The notes below the pieces were generated by a model. The model was given only the letters and a program-made list of their open reading frames with translations. It was not told where the DNA came from and ran no database searches. DNA of 64,000 nucleotides from an uncultured delta proteobacterium (GTDB lineage Bacteria > Desulfobacterota > Desulfobacteria > Desulfobacterales > JAFDCJ01): the NCBI GenBank assembly GCA_963769935.1, contig CAVYNY010000016.1, positions 256,001-320,000 of the forward strand, in the 5' to 3' direction. A program made the translations under genes and the position numbers. This document shows positions 37,051-46,762 of this stretch, piece by piece. Numbering within the stretch: the stretch's first letter is position 1; each line of letters starts with the position of its first letter.

Positions 37051-38961
37051 ATGTCATCGATACCCGAAAAAAAAGAAAAAGGAGCTGAAGCCAAGGTTGG
37101 GGTGTACATCTGCCACTGCGGAGGCAACATCTCCGACCACGTGGATGTTCATCAACTGGCGGACAGCGTTAAAGATCTGCCCGGCGTGACGGCAACCCAC
37201 ACCAACATGTTCATGTGTTCGGATCCCGGGCAGGAATTGATCCAGCAGGATATAAAAAGCGGTAAAATCAACCGGGTGGTGGTGGCTTCCTGTGCCCCCA
37301 GTCTCCACGAATTGACTTTTCGCAGCGCTATCAAAAGATCCGGCATGAACCCCTATCTCTATGAGCATGCCAACATCCGCGAGCAGGTCAGCTGGGTGCA
37401 TGACGGCGAAAAAGCGACCCGCAAAGCCACCGGTCTGGTGGCGGCTGCAGTTTCAAAAGCCAAGCGCCTCCAGACCCTGGAACCGATTCGGGTGGATGCC
37501 GCCAATCACGCCACCGTCATCGGCGGCGGCGTCGCCGGCCTGCGGGCGGCGCTGGATCTTTCAAGGCGGGGTATCAATGTTGCTTTGGTGGAAAAGTCAC
37601 CCTTCCTGGGGGGCCGGATGTCCCGGCTGGACAGTCTGTACCCCACCGGCGAAAAGGCCGGGGAATTGATCCAGCACCTGGCGGCGGCGGTTTGTGCGGA
37701 CCCTCGCATCACGGTGTTCACTTGCGCCGAGGTAGTCAAATCGGAAGGATACGTGGGAAATTTCAGGATAACCGTTAAAAAACGACCGCCGGCAGCACCC
37801 GCTGATCTGGCCGGACTTGATATGCTGGTCCAACAAAATGCAGGGGTGGGTGACTATCTGCCTTTTGCCGGCTATTATCCGGCTGCGGTTGCCGAAGATA
37901 CGCAGGAATCAGTCCTGGAAAGCGGTGTGATCGTCTTTGCCACGGGTTTTCAAACCTATCAGCCTCACCAAGGCGAATACGGGTATCAATTGCATCCGGC
38001 CGTCATTACCCTGCCGGAATTGATCCGTCATCTGGCGGCAAATTCCTCCAAGGGCGATGCCCTTCGCATCAACGGCAAAAAGGTCGATCGGGTCGCCCTG
38101 ATCCACTGCGTGGGAAGCCGGCAGATTCCGGGTATTCATGAAGAGAATCCCGACGGAACGCTGAACGAATACTGCTCGCGTACCTGCTGCACGGCCACCT
38201 TGCAGGCGGCCTGTGAAATCAGAAAACGATATCCTGCCACCCATGTTTTTGAATATTATCGCGATATCAGAACCTATGGCCGCGGCCAGGAAGAATATTA
38301 TGAGCGCGCCGGTCAAAATAATGTGACGTTTTTTCGTTTTGAGCCGGAGAATCCTCCGGTCGTCGAAATCTCGGAAAGGGCCGATCATCCCTTAACCATA
38401 AATGTCATCGACACCTTGACATTTGGGGAGAAAATCCAGGCTGAGGTCGATCTCGTGGTGCTGGCGGTCGGTATGGAGCCCAATAACATCAACGATCTGG
38501 TGGATATGATGAAGCTGCCGACCGGAGCCGATCGTTTCCTGCAGGAAGTCCACCCCAAACTCAGACCGGTGGAATTGGCCAATACGGGAATTTTGCTGGC
38601 CGGTACCTGCCAGGCGCCTATGGATATCGGAGAAGCCTGCTCAGCGGCCCAGGCGGCTGCGGCCAAGGCGACATCCATGCTGGCCAGAGGCTATGTTGAA
38701 CTGGATCCCTTCGTGGCCCAAGTCAATCTGGATCGTTGCAACGGGGCCGGCCAGTGTGCCGCGGCCTGTCCGATTTCCGACGCCATTGCCCTGGTGGAAA
38801 TGGAGATAGAGGGGCAAACCTTAAAACGCGCCCGGGTAAATCCGGCCCTGTGCACCGGATGCGGTATTTGTGTGGCGGTCTGCCCTGCGAATGCCTTGAA
38901 TATCAACGGATGGACCCTGCAGCAATACGAGGAGATGGTGGATGCGATCGTGGCGGCATGA
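37051..38961 (+). CDS. HdrA-like subunit (QmoB-like, without fused MvhD)
   Basis: VGVYICHCGGNI, MCSDPGQ, NIREQVSWVH, GGGVAG, HCVGSR, CSRTCC, EVHPKLRP, C-terminal ferredoxin. Confidence 0.88.
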   Translation: MSSIPEKKEKGAEAKVGVYICHCGGNISDHVDVHQLADSVKDLPGVTATHTNMFMCSDPGQELIQQDIKSGKINRVVVASCAPSLHELTFRSAIKRSGMNPYLYEHANIREQVSWVHDGEKATRKATGLVAAAVSKAKRLQTLEPIRVDAANHATVIGGGVAGLRAALDLSRRGINVALVEKSPFLGGRMSRLDSLYPTGEKAGELIQHLAAAVCADPRITVFTCAEVVKSEGYVGNFRITVKKRPPAAPADLAGLDMLVQQNAGVGDYLPFAGYYPAAVAEDTQESVLESGVIVFATGFQTYQPHQGEYGYQLHPAVITLPELIRHLAANSSKGDALRINGKKVDRVALIHCVGSRQIPGIHEENPDGTLNEYCSRTCCTATLQAACEIRKRYPATHVFEYYRDIRTYGRGQEEYYERAGQNNVTFFRFEPENPPVVEISERADHPLTINVIDTLTFGEKIQAEVDLVVLAVGMEPNNINDLVDMMKLPTGADRFLQEVHPKLRPVELANTGILLAGTCQAPMDIGEACSAAQAAAAKATSMLARGYVELDPFVAQVNLDRCNGAGQCAAACPISDAIALVEMEIEGQTLKRARVNPALCTGCGICVAVCPANALNINGWTLQQYEEMVDAIVAA

Positions 38962-39117
38962 GAATTTGGCAGAGGAAGGCAAAGGGCAGAGTGAAAAAAG
39001 AAGTTAGGAAATTGAGAAGTTGGGAGGCCGTAGGGCTCTAAAATTGAAAAGACAGAGCGAAGCGATACAACAAATCTTCAATATTCAATTCAGGCTTGTC
39101 CGGGGTAGGAGTCACTC

Positions 39118-39402
39118 ATGAGCGAGAAAAAGATGGCCAATAAGGAAGCGTTGAAAAAATTGCGCGAAGAACGCCGCGCTTGGGTGGAAAACGCTAAAAA
39201 GTCGATTAAAGCCCAGAATCAGATCATCAAACAAATTAAAGCCCAGATCAGCGATGCAGCCAAAACAATTCCTGAAATCGCCCAGGCGACCGATATGTCG
39301 ACCTCACAAGTAGTCCTATATATTTCCGGGCTGAAAAAATACGGTATCGTGGCCGAAGCCGAAAAAGACGGGGACTACTTTCGCTACCGTCTGGCATCTT
39401 GA
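39118..39402 (+). CDS. Small coiled-coil + winged-helix protein
   Basis: KTIPEIAQATDMSTSQVVLYISGLKKYGIVAE..DGDYFRYRL. Confidence 0.7.
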   Translation: MSEKKMANKEALKKLREERRAWVENAKKSIKAQNQIIKQIKAQISDAAKTIPEIAQATDMSTSQVVLYISGLKKYGIVAEAEKDGDYFRYRLAS

Positions 39403-39534
39403 AAATGCGATTCGCCGAGGTTTAGTTCATTCTGCACAGCAGAGACGCAGAACCAAAAAAAGATTTTGACAATTGAGACGCGGGTCTCATAAACAGGAAA
39501 AAATCACTCTAAAGCAATTCTATGGAGAACTGAT

Positions 39535-40677
39535 ATGTGTTCAACGGTCAATCCTGATTTGTTGCTCAACCTGAAAAAATTTGGTGTCCAGGACGCCGCC
39601 ACCTGTTTTAACTGCGGCAACTGTACGGCTGTATGCTCACTGTCATCGGAGTCCACCCCGTTTCCACGCAAAACCATCCGGTACCTGCAGCTTGGACTGG
39701 ATGACAAAATATTGGAGAGCCCGGAACCTTGGCTCTGCTATTATTGCGGTGATTGCAGCGATACCTGCCCCCGCCAGGCCAATCCAGGCGAGGTGATGAT
39801 GGGTTTGCGGCGCTACCTGACATCGCGTTATGACTGGACGGGAATTTCACGCCTGTTTTATACTTCCAAGGTATTTGAAGTCCTGTCTATCCTGGTGGTG
39901 GCGGCGGCGGTCGGGATGGCATTTTATTTTTTTCACGGGCCCATGCTGACCGACCGGGTCACGCTCAATGTGTTTGCACCCAACACGATCATTGAGATTT
40001 TGGATTTGATTTTGCTGGCGGTGCTGTCTTTTCTACTTTTAAGCAATGCCTTTCGAATGTCCAAAGCGGTGATGGGTAATCCCGGCCGGTCATTCCTAAA
40101 GGGAAGCCTGATATTCGGGATCCCCGTGCAAGCGTATTTGCGAGCAGCCGGAGAGCTTGTGACCCAGTTTGTTACGCAGAAACGATTCGATTCATGCGGC
40201 AGCCGCTCGCAGCGAACCCAATGGTTTGTCCATTTGCTGATCATGACCGGATACTCCATCGTCTTTTTGCTGGTAGTTCTGGGAATCCGGTGGTTTCAAC
40301 GCGATGAAATTTATGCCCTCTGGCATCCGGTGCGGTTGTTGGGTTACTATGCCACCTTTGCAATTTTATACGGAGTTTCTTTCGCCATCATCGGACGCCT
40401 GAAAAAGAGCAAAAGTGTTTATCAGCACACCCATTCGACCGACTGGGCCTTTTTAATTCTTCTGTGGCTGACCACCTTTTCCGGAATTCTCATCCACGCC
40501 GCCCGCCTGCTGGAGCTGCCGCTTACCACCTATTACTTATATGTGATTCATTTGATGATTGCGGTTCCCATGCTGGTGATTGAAGTCCCATTTGCCAAGT
40601 GGACGCATCAACTTTATCGGCCGCTGATTCTTTACCTGATGAAAGTCAAGGCCACCGCCGTCAAGGCCGAAGCCTGA
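39535..40677 (+). CDS. QmoC-like protein (HdrC-like 2x[4Fe-4S] + membrane heme-b domain)
   Basis: CFNCGNCTAVCS, PWLCYYCGDCSDTCPRQA, about six TM helices, VHLL, IHL, PFAKWTH. Confidence 0.85.
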   Translation: MCSTVNPDLLLNLKKFGVQDAATCFNCGNCTAVCSLSSESTPFPRKTIRYLQLGLDDKILESPEPWLCYYCGDCSDTCPRQANPGEVMMGLRRYLTSRYDWTGISRLFYTSKVFEVLSILVVAAAVGMAFYFFHGPMLTDRVTLNVFAPNTIIEILDLILLAVLSFLLLSNAFRMSKAVMGNPGRSFLKGSLIFGIPVQAYLRAAGELVTQFVTQKRFDSCGSRSQRTQWFVHLLIMTGYSIVFLLVVLGIRWFQRDEIYALWHPVRLLGYYATFAILYGVSFAIIGRLKKSKSVYQHTHSTDWAFLILLWLTTFSGILIHAARLLELPLTTYYLYVIHLMIAVPMLVIEVPFAKWTHQLYRPLILYLMKVKATAVKAEA

Positions 40678-40750
40678 AGTAAAATGTACGTTCAATCATT
40701 AACTATCTCTTCAACCTGTTAATCAAAAGCACCAATTGAAAGGAGCAAAC

Positions 40751-41128
40751 ATGGCAGAAAATCAAGAAGAAAAAATACTTTATATCGCAACCTGCGCGGG
40801 CGACAATCCGGAAAAAGCCGCGATGCCGCTTGTGATGGCAAATGCCGCACTGGCCATGGATATCAAAGCCACCGTCGTTCTGCAGGGTAATGGGGTTTAC
40901 CTGGCCCAAAAAGGCTATGCGGAGAAGATGCTTGCCGCCGGAGGCTTCCCCCCGGTCAAGGAACTGCTGGATAGTTTTATGGAGCTCGGCGGCGAATTAA
41001 AGGTCTGTGTGCCCTGCCTTAAAAGCCGCAATATAGAGGAGTCCGAATTGGTCCAGGGTGCCCAGACAACCGCCGCCGGCGCCCTGAATATTGCTGCCGT
41101 CGAGGCCAAGGCGGTCATGGTGTATTAA
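40751..41128 (+). CDS. DsrE/DsrF-like family protein
   Basis: NPEKAAMPLVMANAALAMD..LQGNGV..KVCVPCLKSRNI. Confidence 0.85.
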   Translation: MAENQEEKILYIATCAGDNPEKAAMPLVMANAALAMDIKATVVLQGNGVYLAQKGYAEKMLAAGGFPPVKELLDSFMELGGELKVCVPCLKSRNIEESELVQGAQTTAAGALNIAAVEAKAVMVY

Positions 41129-41134
41129 AGCGGG

Positions 41135-41350
41135 TCGCGCGGTGCGCGGTGCGCGGTGCGAGATGCGGAGAATAGAAGTTTGTTGAGTTCATTGAGTTTG
41201 TTGAGTTGATTGGGCGGATTGAGTTGATTCGGCTGAACCGACTTGTACTGCCCAATTTCTCAACCTCTCAACTTCCCAGCTTCTGATCTTCTTAGCTTCT
41301 CTAATCTTCTCGCTTAAACCTGACACCTGAAACCCGACACCTGAAACCTT
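41135..41350. repeat. Mixed short-period arrays (GGTGCGC)n, (GTTGAGTTY)n, (CTTCTCAA)n, (TGACACCTGAAACC)n
   Basis: Read directly; mirror the arrays at 26795-27130 and 28330/46675. Confidence 0.8.
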
Positions 41351-41418
41351 AATAAGCTTCTTCTGGCAACATGTTGTCAGATAAAACGCCTTGAGGGCAT
41401 ATATGAGGTATAGTTAAA

Positions 41419-42123
41419 ATGGAAGCAGTCGCCACTCACAAACCGCCCAATCGGATTACCGATCTGGTATCGCTTAAAGCGCAGGGGTTTGAAGTTGTCT
41501 GTAATCCTTCGTTTGAAATTTTGCCGGTCGACTTTGTCCATCGCGACAACAGATACCGCGCCTATGTTTTTCTCTGCCGCTTCAAGGGCGAGATTAACGG
41601 ACAGGCATACCTGTTCCGCAAATGCTATGCCCGGGGGTGCCCGCACAATCTGTGTCCCCATGTATCCCAGGCAGTAATGATCGCCAATCGGTACCTGCAA
41701 AGAGATTACAAACGGCTGGCAGACGCCGGGGTGCCGGTGGAAAAGCATTTGTTCACGCTGGAGGACATGGTGGTAAAATTCGATGAAATGCAGGAAGAAC
41801 ACGAGCCTCTGCTGGCGATTCACGACTATATCAATATCGCCAAGGAAGGCAACGCGGTCGCAGTGGCTATGGCCCTGGATTTTGTTCCCGGGGTGGAGCA
41901 TTTCGCCAATTACAAAAACCAGCAGATTTTTTTGATGGCGCGTTTCTCTATTACGACTCTGGGCCGAACTTATCCATATGAGCGCTGCCTGGCTTGTTAT
42001 GAGGCTGCAAAAGAAGCGCAGGAAAAACCGCAGAAGATCGATGTCGCCAATGAACGCTTGGCGATACTATACGATGAATTTGACCGGGCATCGATAAAAT
42101 ACGAAAAGCGTTTTTTCGGTTAA
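41419..42123 (+). CDS. Hypothetical protein with Cys/His cluster
   Basis: 234-aa ORF, RBS GAGG, motif KCYARGCPHNLCPHV. Confidence 0.7.
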   Translation: MEAVATHKPPNRITDLVSLKAQGFEVVCNPSFEILPVDFVHRDNRYRAYVFLCRFKGEINGQAYLFRKCYARGCPHNLCPHVSQAVMIANRYLQRDYKRLADAGVPVEKHLFTLEDMVVKFDEMQEEHEPLLAIHDYINIAKEGNAVAVAMALDFVPGVEHFANYKNQQIFLMARFSITTLGRTYPYERCLACYEAAKEAQEKPQKIDVANERLAILYDEFDRASIKYEKRFFG

Positions 42124-42185
42124 GCAAAATATTGGACGACACCGTTTTTTAAGGCAACAATTCGATCTAGATGGGAGGCCTGAAT

Positions 42186-42449
42186 ATGTATGCATTGATC
42201 TATGACGAATTTGATCGATCAAAGCGCGAAAAGAAGGTGGTCTCGGTTCATCAATCCAGAGATACGGCCGACCAAGCTCTGCAGAAACGCCAGCGTTCTC
42301 TGGATAAAAAAGTTTGGGAATGCAACACCCGGATCGTTTGGGTTTACACTAAGGTTCACCCCGGCGATACGATTACACCGGATTTGTTTGACACCTGGGC
42401 GCCGGGTGAAAAAATCCCCCCGGGAGATAGGGTTCCTGATGGGGATTAG
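42186..42449 (+). CDS. Small hypothetical protein
   Basis: RBS GGAGG; 87 aa MYALIYDEFD...WECNTRIVW..FDTWAPGE. Confidence 0.65.
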   Translation: MYALIYDEFDRSKREKKVVSVHQSRDTADQALQKRQRSLDKKVWECNTRIVWVYTKVHPGDTITPDLFDTWAPGEKIPPGDRVPDGD

Positions 42450-42525
42450 CTGAATACTATGATCGGAATTACCCAAAAGCCGTTTGAAGAAATCCTCGCA
42501 GCCGAGAAAATCTACGATCGGGCAG

Positions 42526-42744
42526 CTAATATTTTTTGCCGTTTAGATCCTCGATATATATTCCGTCGGCTTTGGCGAGGACATTTAAGACCGGGGTAGA
42601 CAGGCTTTGATGCAAAAAATATTTTTTCTCTGCTTCGAACCACTTCTTTGATTCCCCCAGTAAATTTCGCTCCCAATATTTGCGGCGGTTCTTGGTCGTA
42701 TTGACATCTCCCTGTTCGCGCTCGATGGGTTTGTCTTTTTCCAT
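42526..42744 (-). pseudogene. N-terminal fragment of a class III aminotransferase (PbfA-like)
   Basis: RBS AGGAG; EQGDVN..YFLHQSLSTPVLNVL..ADGIYIEDLNGKKY, then stop where the family continues. Confidence 0.7.
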
Positions 42745-42789
42745 TGGCTGCTCCTGTTCTAAAAGCATATACGATAATAATTTTGAGGT

Positions 42790-43112
42790 TCTTCTCCAAT
42801 TTAGTGTGGAGAAGAACCTAAATATTAAAATTCCTCTGGAAATTTCCAGCAAGCGCGCCATCAAGCGCGCCGTCGAAGAGGGAATCGGAATTGCTTTGAT
42901 ATCCAGGAAGGTCGCCCGGGAGGAAATCCAGGCCGGCAGGCTCATGGCCATCCCGCTCTCCGACCCATCCATGACCCGCAATTTTTTTTATGATCCACCA
43001 CAAGGACAAATACATATCGGAACCCCTGCAGGGATTTATTGATATGGTTTTTAAGTGGGCCGCAGAATATGCTGAAGGTCTTGTCTATACGCGCAGGGAT
43101 GGTTCACTTTGA
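42790..43112 (+). pseudogene. C-terminal fragment of a LysR substrate-binding domain with +1 frameshift
   Basis: EISSKRAIKRAVEEGIGIALIS..EIQAGRL..TRNFF / MIHHKDKYISEPLQGFI; shift in T8 at 42982-42989; no HTH part. Confidence 0.75.
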
Positions 43113-43466
43113 AAGGTTTGCAAAAAAACAGAAGGCTGGCGATAACGGGATTACTGTTTTTCCTGTCGTCTATTTCACTCGTTTGAAGGCGTGAATTAAA
43201 AAGAGCAATAGTGCAGCCACGATAAACCAGAAGAATAAGGGCCAAGTGAAAATAACCTCGGCGATTTTATGCAAAAAAGCGATGGGATACGATCATTGAT
43301 CCAGGCCAGATATTTATCGTCCAGAATGTCTATGCGGCGGATGTTTTTGAAGACAAATTTATCCGATATACCAAGTTCTAAAAAAGCTGCGATGGCTTGA
43401 TAACCCAACAGGCATAGAGCTGCCAGTAAAAATAGGAAGCCGGCAAGACTGAATATGGGTCGGTTT

Positions 43467-43688
43467 CTACTTTTGCAAATAAAACCTGGCTCTTTGCAGG
43501 GCAAGGATGGTCACAGCATCGCTTATCTGTCCCGGCTCGATCATCTCCAGCGTTTCTTTCAACGGATATTTAACAATCTCGATGATCTCGTCTTTATCCA
43601 GCTTCTGTTCGGATTGCTTTAACCCCCTGGCGAGAAAAACATAGATTTTTTCGTCCGAATAGGCCGGAATGATGTCCACCTGGGACAA
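43467..43688 (-). pseudogene. C-terminal fragment of a NUDIX (ADP-ribose pyrophosphatase-like) hydrolase
   Basis: PAYSDEKIYVFLARGL..QKLDKDEIIEI..GQISDAVTILAL; Nudix box absent. Confidence 0.7.
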
Positions 43689-43778
43689 TTCAACAAATTG
43701 TGATGAAATGATTTCGTGCTTGCCATTTTCTTTCCATTCTTTTAGGCTTCTGACATCTGTTAAAGAAAGGAGACCGCC

Positions 43779-44967
43779 ATGTATGGAAAAATTCGTGATG
43801 AATTAAAACAAACGTTAAAAGAAATCACCGAAGCGGGTCTTTACAAATCCGAACGCAGCATCACCTCCTCCCAGCAGGCCCGGATCAGCGTCGGTGACAA
43901 AAAGGTGCTGAACATGTGCGCCAACAACTATCTGGGTTTGGCCGACAACAAGCAGATCATTGAAGCCGTCAAAAAGGGTCTGGATGAACGGGGATTCGGC
44001 ATGGCCTCCGTGCGTTTCATTTGCGGTACCCAGGACATCCACCGCGAACTGGAAAGAAAAATCAGCGGCTATCTTAAGACCGATGACACGATTCTCTATT
44101 CATCGTGTTTTGATGCCAATGCCGGACTTTTTGAAACAGTGCTGGATGAAAAGGATGGCATCATTTCAGACGCCTTGAACCACGCCTCGATCATCGACGG
44201 CGTCCGTCTTTGCAAAGCGACTCGCTATCGGTATGACCATGGTGATATGCAGTCGCTGGAGGGGTGTTTGAAAGAAGCCGCCGGGGCAAAGACCCGGATG
44301 ATCGCCACCGACGGTGTCTTCAGTATGGACGGCGATTATGCCAAACTGGATCGGATCTGTGACCTGGCGGAAAAATACGACGCACTGGTAATGGTGGACG
44401 ACAGCCACGCCACCGGTTTTGTAGGACCCACCGGCCGCGGCACGCCGGAACTCTGCGGCGGTCCAGGGTCGGGTCGATGTGATCACTTCAACCCTTGGCA
44501 AGGCCCTGGGCGGCGCCTCCGGCGGATTTACGACCGGCCGCAAACATATCATAGAAATTCTCAGGCAGCGCTCCCGGCCGTACCTGTTTTCAAATTCGGT
44601 GGCGCCCCCGATTGTCGCGGCCGCCTTGAAAACGATTGATCTGCTGGAAAGCTCCGGCGATGCCCGAGAGACCCTGGCCGAAAATACCAAATACTTCCGG
44701 GAAGAAATTACCAAAGCCGGCTTTTCCATTAAACCCGGCACCCATCCCATTGTACCCATCATGCTGGGAGACGCCAAACTGGCCCAGCAAATGGCTGCCG
44801 GCCTGCTGGAGGAAGGAGTTTTTGCGGTGGGGTTTTTCTATCCGGTAGTCCCCAAAGGCCAGGCGCGCATCCGCGTCCAGATCTCGGCCGCCCATTCAAG
44901 AGCGGATCTGGCGTTTGCGGTGGAGAAGTTTATAAAAGTCGGCAAAGAGTTGGAAGTGATAACATGA
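43779..44967 (+). pseudogene. kbl: Glycine C-acetyltransferase with a 1-bp frameshift (real or sequencing error)
   Basis: [27 protein letters not shown]; extra G at 44460, then [29 protein letters not shown]. Confidence 0.9.
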
Positions 44968-44980
44968 AGATAATTTAATT

Positions 44981-45061
44981 GAATGGATTCTAATTTATAT
45001 TAAAATCCAAATAATCCTGTAAATCCTGTCAATATATTTAACATAAAATAGAATCCATTCC
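44981..45061. repeat. GAATGGATTC...GAATCCATTC element, short copy
   Basis: Same termini and internal AATCCTG..AATCCTGTC as 28375-28562. Confidence 0.75.
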
Positions 45062-45094
45062 TTATTTTTAGCTCATTATGAAAGGCACGATGTT

Positions 45095-46132
45095 ATGAAA
45101 ATGAAGGCGCTCGTCAAAGCCAGACCGGAGCCCGGCATCTGGCTGGAAGAAGTTCCGGTGCCCGAAATCGGGATCAACGACGTTCTGATCAAGATTCATA
45201 AAACGTCTATTTGCGGCACCGACGTTCACATCTACAACTGGGACGCCTGGGCTCAGAAAACGATTCCGGTTCCGATGCATGTCGGCCATGAATTTGTCGG
45301 CATCATTGCCGAAATCGGCGGCAACGTGCATGACTTTAAACCCGGTGACATTGTCTCCGGCGAGGGGCATCTGGTCTGCGGACGCTGCCGCAATTGTCTG
45401 GCGGGCCGCCGCCACCTTTGTATGAAAACCAGCGGGGTGGGTGTCAATCGGCCCGGGGCCTTTGCCGAATATTTGCAGATTCCGGTCACCAACGCCTGGT
45501 ACTGCGACCCCAATATTCCCCTGGATATTCTTTCCTGCTTCGATCCGCTGGGAAACGCCACCCACACCGCACTTTCTTTTGACGTGCTGGGTGAAGACGT
45601 TCTGATTACCGGCGCCGGGCCCATCGGATGTATGGCCGCCGCCATTGCCAAACATGCCGGCGCTCGGTATGTGGTGGTCACCGATGTCAATCCCTACCGG
45701 TTGAAACTGGCAAAAAAAATGGGCGCTACCCTGACCCTGGACGTTCGCCGTGAAAAGATAGCGGATGCGCAAAATGAACTTGGCATGAAAGAAGGTTTTG
45801 ACGTGGGCATGGAAATGTCCGGCAGCCCTGATGCCTTGCGCTCCATGCTGCCCAGCATGTGCCACGGCGCGAAGATAGCGCTGCTGGGAATCCTGCCGCC
45901 GGATACCGCCATTGACTGGGATTATGTTGTCTTCAACGGGCTGACCATCAAGGGAATCTATGGCCGTGAAATGTACGAAACCTGGTATAAAATGACGGTC
46001 ATGATCCAGAGCGGACTGGATATCAATCCCATCATTACCCATCGATTCCACTACACCGAGTATAAAAAAGCTTTCGAGGTGATGCGGTCGGGCGAGTCCG
46101 GCAAAGTTGTTTTAAGCTGGGTGGATGCATAA
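45095..46132 (+). CDS. tdh: L-threonine 3-dehydrogenase
   Basis: [50 protein letters not shown]; follows kbl. Confidence 0.96.
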   Translation: MKMKALVKARPEPGIWLEEVPVPEIGINDVLIKIHKTSICGTDVHIYNWDAWAQKTIPVPMHVGHEFVGIIAEIGGNVHDFKPGDIVSGEGHLVCGRCRNCLAGRRHLCMKTSGVGVNRPGAFAEYLQIPVTNAWYCDPNIPLDILSCFDPLGNATHTALSFDVLGEDVLITGAGPIGCMAAAIAKHAGARYVVVTDVNPYRLKLAKKMGATLTLDVRREKIADAQNELGMKEGFDVGMEMSGSPDALRSMLPSMCHGAKIALLGILPPDTAIDWDYVVFNGLTIKGIYGREMYETWYKMTVMIQSGLDINPIITHRFHYTEYKKAFEVMRSGESGKVVLSWVDA

Positions 46133-46435
46133 GCGCTTGGCGGATGCGCGGCGACAATTGGTTGTGATGGTGTCGGTGCTGGAGAAGGTTTCAGGTGTTC
46201 CGACTTCTGGCGGACCGCTGGACTGAAAACGGCCAAGTCTAAAATCAATAACAAATAAATCCAAATTGCAACATCGAACATCGAAACTGATTAAATCTGA
46301 AAAAGTCAGCAGTTGTACTTTTTAAGGTTTTAGAACTTTCTTGCTTTGGTGATAAGATGATCCTGGATTAATGGGGAGCGGTGAAAAAACCAGGCAAAGT
46401 TCCATTTGGAATTTGTTATTTGATATTTTCTAATT

Positions 46436-46690
46436 GCTCATATGAAACTACATCTCACACAGAGCGCTCAGAGATCACAGAGGTCTGGGTTTACAGGCGC
46501 CTGCGGCGAAAGAAAAATGTTCTCTGCGGTCTCTGTGAACTCTAACGGCTTGTCGGGTCGTAGCTCGAAGAGCGAAGCCTGAAAGTGGGCGGGATATTAA
46601 ATCCAACTGTGTCCGATTTCCAAAAGTTTCTTTTATGATCAGACCGGCCGTTGGTTTGGCCGGCGGCGGGGCTGACACCTGAAACCTTTC
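46436..46690. repeat. Composite repeat cluster
   Basis: CTCATATGAAACTAC, CACAGAG..CTCTGTG, CGTAGC..GCGAAG, GATCAGAC..GCTGACACCTGAAACC. Confidence 0.65.
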
Positions 46691-46762
46691 CAAATGGCTC
46701 GTGATAAATTTTCTGCCCGGCGCGCGCCACTTTGCCCAAGCGCTGCCTTGGAAGCGGCGCGG

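Noticed and set aside
42060..42220. Shared YDEFDR peptide at the end of one ORF and the start of the next
   Set aside because: Six residues with divergent codons; could be chance.
42526..42981. 151-aa minus-strand ORF as one gene
   Set aside because: It is the antisense of the LysR fragment joined to the aminotransferase stub.
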